Assembly (NCBI GenBank): GCA_016928775.1
Contig: JAFGKD010000054.1
Coordinates: 1 to 64,000 of the forward strand
Origin: Candidatus Zhuqueibacterota bacterium
GTDB taxonomy: Bacteria > Zhuqueibacterota > Zhuqueibacteria > Residuimicrobiales > Krinioviventaceae
Length of the DNA stretch: 64,000 bases
Direction: 5' to 3'
The first letter of the stretch is position 1. The number at the start of each line of letters is the position of its first letter. Both the position numbers and the translations under genes were made by a program. Below the pieces are notes generated by a model, which did not search any database, was not told where the DNA came from, and worked only from the letters and a program-made list of their open reading frames with translations. This document shows positions 47,377 to 56,973 of this stretch, piece by piece.

Positions 47377-49419
47377 TTAACGATCCACGATCGGGAATTC
47401 AGATATCCGCAACCGTGCGCATCCATAAGGGACCAACTCGACGCTATCAATTTCAGTTTCTATTGTCACAGGACCGGCAGGAGGATCATCAGCCGAATTG
47501 TTTGCAAGTCCCCAGGCAGGAATTTTTTTTGCTGGTGCACGCAAGACCAGAGGTGCCTCGTGGTGCCAGGTGACGTGAGTATCCCATTCATCCAAATACA
47601 CCAGATCGCCGCGATCTGCGAAGGGGTACTCGTGAATGAGAAAAGCATCGACGCTGATAAAAGCCGCAGGAAAAGCAGGGTCAATGGCCAGGCCATAATT
47701 CCACTCGGATACGGGTCTGATCTCCCAATCGCGCGAGCCTTTGTAGGCGATGCTCTGAAAGCTTTTTTCTTTGACCGAAATTTCCTTGAAATCTTTGTCG
47801 ATTCGAAGCGCAAAATAGAGCGGTCCGCGGCGGATGGCGATCGCATTGTTATATCTTTTTTCCGTTTTCAACGCCATCGGCAGGACAAGAGTGACAACAT
47901 CAGCATTGTTCCACTCGCGATTGACTGCGAGATAACCATCCTGTAGCGTCGCGGATTGCTTTGTTTTGTTGATTGAAAACGTATAGTTTTCGCACCAGCC
48001 TGGCAAGCGGAAATAAAGCGGAAAAGTAGCTGTACCTGCCAAATGAATGGTAAATGTGAGCGTGTCTGAAAAGGGATAATTTGTTTCCTGGATGATATTT
48101 ACCTCACGATCTCCATCCACTCGTGCGGTGACGACATTCGGGCCATATGTAACGGCCGCTAATCCGCTATCCGGTGTGGCATACCACATGTGTTCAACAA
48201 ACTTTGGCCATCCCTGGTGGAAATTGGCAAGACAGCAGGGATAGTTGGGCATGAGCCCGTAGATGTTCGAATAATCGCCGTTGGTGCTCCAGTCTCGTTT
48301 GGCCACCGTGCACAGCACCTGGTTCGCCTGTTGATCGTATTGATGCGCCCAGCAATCCGGTGTCATGGTGCCGGGTAGCGAATTATAGGCGAGCAGCTCA
48401 AGCTGGTCAGCAAACGCAACATCGCCATAAACCTCGAGCAACTTTTCGAGAGAAAACATGGATTCAACAACGGCGCACATTTCCGTACCCTGGATTGGAC
48501 GACGACCCGAGAGATGCTCATCGCCGGAAAAACGGCCGCCGACTTGACCATGCTCTGTTTTGTATTGTTCCAGCGCTGCATAGACCGCGTTCTTGTGACG
48601 TTCCTGCCCGGATTGCTGATAATAGAGTCCTGGATATTTAAAAGCCATCGCATTATTGACGACGTGCGCGGTCAATCCATCCGCGCCCCAGTTGTGCGGT
48701 ATTTTGTTCGCTAAAACGGCCTCTTCATCCCATGGGAATTCTTCGTAATAAAGCGTCCAGTCCGGACTGTTTTCATAAATCTTTTTGATAGTGATGAGGA
48801 TTTTTTTATCGCCGGTCTGCCGATAGAGCCAATAGCCGGTCACAGCATGCTCCATCGCTCTCTGACCACGCCAGTCCTGAGCTGGAAAATCTGGTTTCAT
48901 TTTATCAAGGTAAGCAAAATAATTTGAAATGTGTGCAAGCGCTCGTTTATCGCCCGTCGTTTCGTAGTAGCTTGACAGCACTTTATTGGCAATGGCTTGC
49001 GGCCAGGTTTCCCAGCGCTGGCCCGGACCGAACCAGCCATCTTCCTGTTGACTCGCAAGAATCCATTCAATGAACGGCTGCGCTTTGGCCTGCAAAATAG
49101 AATCATCCAAAATATAGGCTAATGGAACCAGGCCATCGAGATAATAAGGAGTGCGTTCCCATGCATCACCACCTTCTCCGCCCTTCCAGGCGGAATTGAT
49201 GATATCCGGCCAAAATTCATCAAGATGTCCGGTGAGACCATTCGCCTGGGCGAGGAGCTGGTGCTGCAACCAGGCCCGAGCTTTAATTGATCCAAGAGGC
49301 AGTTTGGCTAATCTGTTTTGTTTGAGCGTTTCGGGGTTGGCCATATAAAGTAAATTGTCACGAGTGTTTGCCGTAGTTAAAAATATGAACAAACATAAAG
49401 CTGCGGTATTCACTTTCAT
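47377..49419 (-). CDS. Glycoside hydrolase family 127 (beta-L-arabinofuranosidase-like, DUF1680) with a signal peptide
   Basis: TEMCAVVESMF (Glu-x-Cys) and NYPCCLANF (Cys-Cys) match the GH127 Zn/catalytic Cys arrangement. The start at 49419 has a GAGAGG RBS. Confidence 0.8.
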   Translation of the reverse strand: MKVNTAALCLFIFLTTANTRDNLLYMANPETLKQNRLAKLPLGSIKARAWLQHQLLAQANGLTGHLDEFWPDIINSAWKGGEGGDAWERTPYYLDGLVPLAYILDDSILQAKAQPFIEWILASQQEDGWFGPGQRWETWPQAIANKVLSSYYETTGDKRALAHISNYFAYLDKMKPDFPAQDWRGQRAMEHAVTGYWLYRQTGDKKILITIKKIYENSPDWTLYYEEFPWDEEAVLANKIPHNWGADGLTAHVVNNAMAFKYPGLYYQQSGQERHKNAVYAALEQYKTEHGQVGGRFSGDEHLSGRRPIQGTEMCAVVESMFSLEKLLEVYGDVAFADQLELLAYNSLPGTMTPDCWAHQYDQQANQVLCTVAKRDWSTNGDYSNIYGLMPNYPCCLANFHQGWPKFVEHMWYATPDSGLAAVTYGPNVVTARVDGDREVNIIQETNYPFSDTLTFTIHLAGTATFPLYFRLPGWCENYTFSINKTKQSATLQDGYLAVNREWNNADVVTLVLPMALKTEKRYNNAIAIRRGPLYFALRIDKDFKEISVKEKSFQSIAYKGSRDWEIRPVSEWNYGLAIDPAFPAAFISVDAFLIHEYPFADRGDLVYLDEWDTHVTWHHEAPLVLRAPAKKIPAWGLANNSADDPPAGPVTIETEIDSVELVPYGCARLRISEFPIVDR

Positions 49420-49494
49420 GGAAATCCTCTCAATAATATTTGGAGCACATTCAAAGATGTGAATAATCCACATCAACTGGCCGATCTCCTTGCC

Positions 49495-50949
49495 CTATCG
49501 TTTCTCCTGGCTCATCTCTTCACAGCGTTTTCGCAGTTTCTCGAGCTGCGCGGCATAGAGCGGATTATTCGCCAGATTGTGCCGTTCTTTGGGATCGTTC
49601 TGCAGATCATACAGCTCTTCGTAAAACGGCTGATAATCAATATAGCGTAAATATTTGAAATCTTTTGTGCGAATGCCAATAGAACGGGGAATATAGCCGA
49701 CAGTGTCCTCCCATTGTTCCGGTACCTTGTAGAGATGCTCATAAAAGAATTCCTCGCGCCAGGCGGTTGTTTTGTTGTGTAAAAGGGGCACCAGGCTTTT
49801 TCCCTGCATATCAGCGGGAACAGGCAGACCGGCCAGGTCGATGATTGTTGGCGCCACATCAATATTCAGCGCCATCTCCTGTCGGCGTTGGCCGCGGAGC
49901 TGGCGCGGCAGGCGGGGATCGTACCAGACAAGCGGCACGCGAATCGATTCTTCATGGCCGTACCATTTGCCGGCAAAGCCGTATTCGCCAAGGAAAAAGC
50001 CATTATCGCCCATGAATGCAAAGACCGTATTATCAGCATACCCAAGTCTCTGCAATTCCTGGCGAATCTGACCGACGACAACGTCAACGCCGGTGATGAG
50101 ACGATAATAATTCTTTACCATTTTTTGGTACAACTCGGGATTGGAAAAGCGTAACTGCCACCTCACACGCGGCATACTGTTATCGCTTTGTTTAAAATCA
50201 GGCATGGACTGCACGTATTTTGGATCAGCTTTTTCGGGTAAAGGAATCTTTATATCGCTATATAGATTGTCATACGCCGGATCGGCAATAAACTGGCGCG
50301 GGTCACCATCCTGTACATGTGGTGCTTTGAAACTGATGGACAAGCAAAATGGCTTTTCGGGATCACAACTGTTCAAAAATTCGAGAGCGTGCTTTTTGCA
50401 GACCTGGGTGTAATGGATATACTCACCGTTTTCATCGCTATTTTCATAGGTCGGTTGGCCCGGCACACCAGCCCAAAAATCGTAAGACGTTTGCGGAAGA
50501 TTATTGCCAACGCCATATTTCCCGATAAATCCGACCGTGTACCCCGCTTGTTTTAGCTGCATATCATAGGACAAGTTGAGCTGCTCCGGAGTAAAATCTG
50601 TGGAGAAATCATGGATGCCATGCCGGCGAGCGTATTGACCGAGAAATATGCTGGCGCGGCTGGTGCAGCAAATAGCGGTTGTGACAAACGCCTTTTCAAA
50701 AATGACGCCATCATTCGCCATGGCATCAATGTTTGGCGTTTGAATGATCTCATTGCCCATACAACCCAGCATATCCCAGCGCTGGTCATCAGTGAGCAAA
50801 AAAATGATATTGGGGTGTTTATGCTTTGAGTTACAAAAAAGAGTTGATCCAATTGCAGCACTACTCAATACAGCGGTCGCGCTCTGTAAAAACTGACGAC
50901 GGGTGTGTTTGGCAAACATCATTGATTCCTCTGTTTTTCGATTGTCCAT
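49495..50949 (-). CDS. Sulfatase (arylsulfatase family) with a Tat signal peptide
   Basis: RRQFLQSATAVL twin-arginine signal. The active-site block is TAICCTSRASIFLGQY, i.e. C-C-T-S-R instead of C-x-P-x-R. Confidence 0.85.
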   Translation of the reverse strand: MDNRKTEESMMFAKHTRRQFLQSATAVLSSAAIGSTLFCNSKHKHPNIIFLLTDDQRWDMLGCMGNEIIQTPNIDAMANDGVIFEKAFVTTAICCTSRASIFLGQYARRHGIHDFSTDFTPEQLNLSYDMQLKQAGYTVGFIGKYGVGNNLPQTSYDFWAGVPGQPTYENSDENGEYIHYTQVCKKHALEFLNSCDPEKPFCLSISFKAPHVQDGDPRQFIADPAYDNLYSDIKIPLPEKADPKYVQSMPDFKQSDNSMPRVRWQLRFSNPELYQKMVKNYYRLITGVDVVVGQIRQELQRLGYADNTVFAFMGDNGFFLGEYGFAGKWYGHEESIRVPLVWYDPRLPRQLRGQRRQEMALNIDVAPTIIDLAGLPVPADMQGKSLVPLLHNKTTAWREEFFYEHLYKVPEQWEDTVGYIPRSIGIRTKDFKYLRYIDYQPFYEELYDLQNDPKERHNLANNPLYAAQLEKLRKRCEEMSQEKR

Positions 50950-50998
50950 TTTACTGCATGATACGTGCTTTTTGCACAGTGAACCGCTGCAGCTTGGC

Positions 50999-53254
50999 CT
51001 ACTTTTTTTTCAGAGTGAGCTGCAAAGTTCCACCATTCACAAGATCGGCAAAATCCAGTGCGAATTCCCTCAATTTTTTTCCATTCAATTTTTTGGTAAA
51101 AATATAGATGTTTTCGTTGGACAAATTTTTTGTTTCAATGACAAAAGTCTCCCCCGGATATTTGTCGTTACTCAGCTCGATCTCAATCCTGTCGAAAAAG
51201 GGCGTAGAAATTTGCAGCATATTGCTAGCCGGGCAATCCGGATATAATCCCATCATGGCCCACACGAGCCATGCGGACAATGTTTTGCGATTTCCGTTGT
51301 CGGGAAAACCGGTTGGACTCGTGTCGAAATGCCTGGCGATAATATCACGAACAGTTTTTTGCGTTCGCCATGCTTCACAATCCACATAGTTGAAAAGAAA
51401 TGGAAATGCGAGGTTGGGCTCGATTCCCAAATCAAAATAGTTGTTTTCAAAGAGCGTCTGCAATCGTGTGATAAAAGCATCCTGGCCCAAAAGTTCGATC
51501 AAGCCTGGCATGTCGTGCGGTACGTAAAAAGCATAATTCCATGCAAATCCCTTGCAATAGCCCATACGATCGTTTGGCACCTGCTCGGGAGGGGGCAGAA
51601 CTGATAGCGGATCAAAAGGCATCAGCCATGTGCCGTTTTCCAGGCGGGGGCGAAAAAAGCCGGTCTCAGCGTCAAATATGTTTTTATAATTTTGGCTGCG
51701 ATTTATAAAGAATTCATAGTCATCATTTTTCAGTGCTTTTGCGAGTTGGGCAGTGGCCCAGTCGGCGAAAGCATACTCGAGGGTTGTCGATACAGAGCCA
51801 CAAACTTTGTCTTGTGAATGATTTTGTCGCGAGAGATGATGGCCCTGGTCGCATTCGTGTGGAATATAGCCATATTTGTCATACGCTTTTAATGCCGGTG
51901 GAAAAGTATTCTCCTCGCCTGCGGTTTGTTTTGCCAACCGGCGTATGGATTGATAGGCTTTTTCAATGTCAAAATCATGCAAACCTTTCAAATAGGTGTC
52001 CGCAACTACAAAAACCGTCGGATCGCTGATATCGACACCGATTTCATCGCCGGACGGTGAGCACCTGGATTGCCAATTATGTTCACCGCAGAAAAGAAGC
52101 AGCGACCGTACTATATCGAGCTGTTGCGCCGGATAGAACGTCGACAGCAACGGGTGCACCGTCCTGTAGGTGTCTCGCAGTGAGGAAATACGATAGCAAT
52201 TCATCCCCGACACGTTCCGCACGACAGGAGCATCGTTGATCAAAGGTGTGTCGCCATTCACATCGTTAAAAATGCGCGCATAGAGCAGAGAGTGATAGAG
52301 GGCTGTATAAAAAATCCTGGTATGTTTTTCCGAGCCGCCGTACACGCGAATTTTTGATAATTCTTTTTCCCATTGCTCGCGAGCTTTTTGGCGAGTGAGC
52401 GAGAATGAAAAATTGGGTTGCTCCGTTTGCAGATTGAGGCGCGCGTTTTCGATGCTAACGGTCGACAAACCGACTTTGACCTGAATGGCGCTGCCATCCA
52501 GGGTACGGAATGAAAAGACCGCGCCGATCTTTTCTCCTTCAACTTCGCTAACCGTATCCGGATACAAGGTGTCTCCCTGGTAAAGACCACCACCCATTGC
52601 TGTACGATCAAACTGGGCGACAAAATAGAGTCTGCGCGCATCGCTGCCGTCGCATACTGAAACATCATAGGTATAGCCAACAATTTCATTCGGCGCCGTG
52701 ATACGAACCAGTCCATTTTGCGAATTCGTTAAACCAGATGACAAATCGAGAATGATATACGCCCAGCCGTTATGAAAGCGAAAGCGGGAGAGTCCGGTAC
52801 GTGCTGTTGTCGTTAATTCGGCAAAGATCAAGTCTTCATCCAATTTAACTTTGTAAAATCCTGGATTAGCCGCTTCCATAGAATAGTGGGTGCGCCGGTC
52901 TTGCGGTTTCCATCTCAATTCTCCAAAAACGGGCATGATGACAACGCTGCCCGATTCACCACATCCGATTTCGGACAGAGCCGTGTGCGCAAATCCATAC
53001 AAGTATTCCTGGCCATGTTCATAAAATCGTGGATTCCATTTTGTAATAGACAAGCCGCGCTCAATATTGTACGGAGTCAGGGTAATCATACCCCAGGGTG
53101 TTGTGGCTCCTGGATTGCCATTGCCCATATGGCCCGTGCCGATGAATGGATCGACATGGTCAAATGGATTATAGGCGTCAAGCGGTGCTTTTTCTGAACA
53201 ACAAATAATAAAAAGCATTGACAAGAAAATAAATAGCAGGTATCTTATATACAT
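50999..53254 (-). CDS. Glycoside hydrolase family 92 (alpha-mannosidase-like) with a signal peptide
   Basis: DPFIGTGHMGNGNPGATTPWGM N-terminal signature. Confidence 0.85.
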   Translation of the reverse strand: MYIRYLLFIFLSMLFIICCSEKAPLDAYNPFDHVDPFIGTGHMGNGNPGATTPWGMITLTPYNIERGLSITKWNPRFYEHGQEYLYGFAHTALSEIGCGESGSVVIMPVFGELRWKPQDRRTHYSMEAANPGFYKVKLDEDLIFAELTTTARTGLSRFRFHNGWAYIILDLSSGLTNSQNGLVRITAPNEIVGYTYDVSVCDGSDARRLYFVAQFDRTAMGGGLYQGDTLYPDTVSEVEGEKIGAVFSFRTLDGSAIQVKVGLSTVSIENARLNLQTEQPNFSFSLTRQKAREQWEKELSKIRVYGGSEKHTRIFYTALYHSLLYARIFNDVNGDTPLINDAPVVRNVSGMNCYRISSLRDTYRTVHPLLSTFYPAQQLDIVRSLLLFCGEHNWQSRCSPSGDEIGVDISDPTVFVVADTYLKGLHDFDIEKAYQSIRRLAKQTAGEENTFPPALKAYDKYGYIPHECDQGHHLSRQNHSQDKVCGSVSTTLEYAFADWATAQLAKALKNDDYEFFINRSQNYKNIFDAETGFFRPRLENGTWLMPFDPLSVLPPPEQVPNDRMGYCKGFAWNYAFYVPHDMPGLIELLGQDAFITRLQTLFENNYFDLGIEPNLAFPFLFNYVDCEAWRTQKTVRDIIARHFDTSPTGFPDNGNRKTLSAWLVWAMMGLYPDCPASNMLQISTPFFDRIEIELSNDKYPGETFVIETKNLSNENIYIFTKKLNGKKLREFALDFADLVNGGTLQLTLKKK

Positions 53255-53444
53255 CTGGTGCCTCTTGGCTATTTTTCACAAAAACAATTTAGAAAAAAAA
53301 ATGCACTAAATCAATCGTACATAAGGAACTCATTTTGGCCGATTTCGTTAACGAATTAGATTCAGTACAAAAATGCCATTTGGAGAGCACCTCGACTCTT
53401 GTTATTCAAAGCGACTTGTGGGTGTGTTAAATTGAGAGAATATT

Positions 53445-54428
53445 ATGATCACTCGTTCTCAACGTATTCGACTCGGGATATTTGTGACGTTGGCGCTCGG
53501 CGCTCTTGTTTTATCACTTATCATTATTGTTGCGCCAAAACTTTTACAGGACCGCGACACCTATTATATTGCGTATGAAGATGTTTCGGTGACCGGCTTG
53601 CAAGAAGGGAGTGCTGTCAAATATCAAGGTTTGCAGGTAGGTTATGTGAGTGACATCACCATTGATCCGAATAATATCAGGCGCGTCATTTTACAGGTCA
53701 GTCTGGATCAAGGTGTTCCGATCAAAGTGGATACGCGCGCCGAAATAAACTTCCTGGGCATCACGGGATTAAAGGTGATTGAGCTGCGCAGCGGCAGCAA
53801 CCTGGCAGCATCCTTGCCACCTGATTCTTTTATACCAAGTGGACGATCTTTGACCGAGGAGATCACCGGCAAAGCGGAGGTGCTTGCTGAAAAAGCAGAG
53901 CTTGTTCTCAATAATTTGATCAAAGTGACGAGTGATGAAAATGCCGAACGTGTTTTGACCATGATTGACACGGTTGCGCATTCAGTCGAATTGTTCAACC
54001 AATTTGTGAAAACCAACCGAATTCCTTTTCATCAAACCTTGCAGAATGCTGAACAATTTAGCGGCGAGCTGGATTCGCTCGCTTTTTACGTGACGAGTGT
54101 GCTCAAAAGCTGGGATGCTTTTGCTAAATCGGATACGTTGGCTCAAATTGTCAATAATTTTGCCGCTGTGACCGATGAATTAAAAGAAGCCGAAGTTGTT
54201 CGATTATTCAGCGAAATTAACCAAACTCTGGAGCAAACCAATAATATGCTCAAGGATGTGGAGATCAGTTTCGCCAAAAGCCGCACTGATCTTGTCTACA
54301 CCATTGAGCGGCTGAAGGAAACCTCGGATTATCTCAATCAATTTTCCCGACTCATTAGTGAAGATCCATCAATTATCGTTCGCGGCGCTGAACCCAAAAA
54401 GGCACCGGATTTTGATTTGGAGAGATAG
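53445..54428 (+). CDS. MCE/MlaD family protein
   Basis: An N-terminal TM helix and an MCE domain (YYIAYEDVSVTGLQEGSAVKYQGLQVGYV). Confidence 0.8.
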   Translation: MITRSQRIRLGIFVTLALGALVLSLIIIVAPKLLQDRDTYYIAYEDVSVTGLQEGSAVKYQGLQVGYVSDITIDPNNIRRVILQVSLDQGVPIKVDTRAEINFLGITGLKVIELRSGSNLAASLPPDSFIPSGRSLTEEITGKAEVLAEKAELVLNNLIKVTSDENAERVLTMIDTVAHSVELFNQFVKTNRIPFHQTLQNAEQFSGELDSLAFYVTSVLKSWDAFAKSDTLAQIVNNFAAVTDELKEAEVVRLFSEINQTLEQTNNMLKDVEISFAKSRTDLVYTIERLKETSDYLNQFSRLISEDPSIIVRGAEPKKAPDFDLER

Positions 54429-54429
54429 T

Positions 54430-55053
54430 ATGAAAGTGAAAATTTTTATGCTTGTTTTTTTAACAGCTGCACTTTTCACGGCTTGTAGCAAGAGGATCGC
54501 GACCCGCCGTTATTATGTCCTAGAATTGACGAATACAACTTTGACAAAGCCAGACAGTACGTCATTTGATATTAAAGTGGATGTACGTGATTTTCGTGTC
54601 GCCCGAGCCTTTGATCAAACCCGCATCGCGCTTCGTACAAATTCCAATGAACTGGATTATTATTTTTATCATCATTGGGCTGCAAAACCTTCTCTATCGG
54701 TCGCGGATTTTGTTTATGATTTCATCGAGGGGACGAACATATTCACCGGCCGCTTTCGCGGCATTTCTTACAATCCCGACTATTTGATCACCGGGGATAT
54801 CAAGAGTCTTGAGCGCATTCAGGAACACAAAGCCGCTTACGCCCACGTTCACATGGTGATCGAGCTCATCAACGCCGAAACAGAACAAGTTGTTGTTCGC
54901 TATGAAGATAACCAACAAGTACCAGTAGAGCCCGCGAAAAGTATGAATACGTTTGCCAGGGTAACCAGCCAAATTTTAAAACATTTTGCTGATGAATTTT
55001 TAGATCAGGTGCAACTCTTTTTGGAAGAAAACCGACCACAGGGGAGACAATGA
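54430..55053 (+). CDS. ABC-transport auxiliary lipoprotein (PqiC/YmbA-like)
   Basis: A lipobox (FTAC) followed by YYVLEL, typical of PF03886-type lipoproteins. Confidence 0.65.
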   Translation: MKVKIFMLVFLTAALFTACSKRIATRRYYVLELTNTTLTKPDSTSFDIKVDVRDFRVARAFDQTRIALRTNSNELDYYFYHHWAAKPSLSVADFVYDFIEGTNIFTGRFRGISYNPDYLITGDIKSLERIQEHKAAYAHVHMVIELINAETEQVVVRYEDNQQVPVEPAKSMNTFARVTSQILKHFADEFLDQVQLFLEENRPQGRQ

Positions 55054-56156
55054 TCATTGATGTATCAGAAAATAGCCTGACGTTTGAGGGTGACCTCGAT
55101 CTCGATGCAGTGGGCGAACATTATAAACAACTCATGGATTGGCTTGCTAAAAACAGAGAGAAAAATATCTATCTCGATCTGGCACATCTCAATTATCTGG
55201 ACAGTGCCGGGGTGGCGTTGCTCGATGAGCTATATGACAAAGCACAAAAACAGGGCACTAGGCTGCATTTTGTAGCGGCACCCAACAATATTCAGGCGAC
55301 GATTTCGGCTTTTTCCTCCAGGCATATTCAAAAACCGGAACCAAAACCGGTATTTCCGCTGTTTGAGCGAGTTGGGCAGTGGGCCTATCAAATATGGCTG
55401 GAATTTGTCTATCTCATATACCTTGTTTCGGATGCTTTTTATTTTACAGTCATTCAACTTGTTTCCCGCAAGGGTGTTCGCAAAGGTGAATTCTCCAATC
55501 AATGTATTCTCATCGGTATGGACGCTTTTCCCATCGTGGCGCTTATTTCATTTCTCATTGGATTTATTCTTGCCCTGCAATCCGCGGCGCAGTTGCGGCA
55601 GTTTGGTGCCAGTATTTACGTCGCGGATCTGGTTGCGATCTCCATGACGCGTGAGATGGGACCCATCATGACAGCGATTATTTTTGCTGGTCGCAGCGGC
55701 TCCTCTATTGCGGCGGAAATTGCCACCATGGTGGTGACGGAAGAAACAGATGCGCTTAAATCGATGGGTTTGAATCCGATACGCTATAATTTGGTGCCGA
55801 AAATCCACGCCATCAGTATGATGATGCCGCTCCTGACTGTTTTATCAATGCTACTGGGCATTCTGGGATCAATGGTGATCGGCATTACCTATCTTGATAT
55901 CGGCGTAAAGCCGTTTTACAATCAAGTCGTCAATGCATTGATTTTAAAAGATATCGTCACTGGCATTATAAAAAGTGTGGTTTTCGCCTGGCTCATCGTT
56001 CTCACCGCGGCTGCATACGGTTTTCGGACGCGCGGCGGTGCCGCCGATGTCGGACGTGCGACAACAGCTTCTGTTGTCACATCAATTTTTTTGGTCATCC
56101 TTGCAGATAGTTTACTTGGTCTGATATTCTATTTTGATCCAACGAGCCCGATATAA
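55050..56156 (+). CDS. MlaE-type ABC permease with an N-terminal STAS (MlaB-like) domain fused
   Basis: The first ~95 aa are STAS-like (LDLAHLNYLDSAGVALLDEL). The remainder is an MlaE permease. Confidence 0.8.
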   Translation: MIIDVSENSLTFEGDLDLDAVGEHYKQLMDWLAKNREKNIYLDLAHLNYLDSAGVALLDELYDKAQKQGTRLHFVAAPNNIQATISAFSSRHIQKPEPKPVFPLFERVGQWAYQIWLEFVYLIYLVSDAFYFTVIQLVSRKGVRKGEFSNQCILIGMDAFPIVALISFLIGFILALQSAAQLRQFGASIYVADLVAISMTREMGPIMTAIIFAGRSGSSIAAEIATMVVTEETDALKSMGLNPIRYNLVPKIHAISMMMPLLTVLSMLLGILGSMVIGITYLDIGVKPFYNQVVNALILKDIVTGIIKSVVFAWLIVLTAAAYGFRTRGGAADVGRATTASVVTSIFLVILADSLLGLIFYFDPTSPI

Positions 56157-56191
56157 TGCAGTGATCAATCTCTCATGCGAGGCAACAAAAA

Positions 56192-56944
56192 ATGACAAAT
56201 GAATCAGATAATATCGTCTCTGTCGCCCATCTCACCAGCGGCTATAATGGTGACAAAGTGCTTGATGATGTCTCGATGGTCGCCAGGGAGAACGAGATCA
56301 CTGTTATTTTGGGCGCCAGCGGTTGCGGCAAAACAACCTTGTTGAAGCATCTGATTCGTTTGTTTTATCCCTGGTCGGGTTCTATTGCCATATTCGGCCA
56401 GGAGATCACAGACATGGATGAACCGGAGTTTAATGAGCTGCTCTTAAAAATAGGCGTTCTTTTTCAAAATGGCGCTTTGCTGAACTCTATTACCGTATCG
56501 GAGAATATTGCCATTCCGTTGGAACAGCACACAACGTTACCCGCGACGCTGATTCAACGGTTAGTGCTCATCAAATTGGGTTTGGTTGAGTTGAGCCACG
56601 CCCTTGACAAGCTGCCATCCGAGCTCTCCGGTGGCATGCGAAAGCGAGCATCTTTGGCTCGAGCGATCGCGCTTGATCCGCCGCTGCTCTTTTGCGATGA
56701 GCCCAGCGCCGGCCTTGATCCCGTCACGTCCGAATCCCTCGATCGTTTGTTATTAAAATTGCGCGATGATTTGGGTATGAGCATGGTCATTGTCTCGCAC
56801 GAACTGGCCAGCATTCATCGCATCGCTGACAGTATCGTCTTTTTAGATGATGGAAAATGCCTGTTCTGCGGGCCAGTGAACGAAGCCAAGTCCGCCGGTA
56901 TTGCCGAGATTGATCGGTTTTTTCGGGTGGGGGAGTTTGGCTGA
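56192..56944 (+). CDS. MlaF-type ABC transporter ATP-binding protein
   Basis: Walker A GASGCGKTT and the signature LSGGMRKRASLA. Confidence 0.85.
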   Translation: MTNESDNIVSVAHLTSGYNGDKVLDDVSMVARENEITVILGASGCGKTTLLKHLIRLFYPWSGSIAIFGQEITDMDEPEFNELLLKIGVLFQNGALLNSITVSENIAIPLEQHTTLPATLIQRLVLIKLGLVELSHALDKLPSELSGGMRKRASLARAIALDPPLLFCDEPSAGLDPVTSESLDRLLLKLRDDLGMSMVIVSHELASIHRIADSIVFLDDGKCLFCGPVNEAKSAGIAEIDRFFRVGEFG

Positions 56945-56973
56945 GGGAAATTTTTGATACGTAAGGCCAAAAA

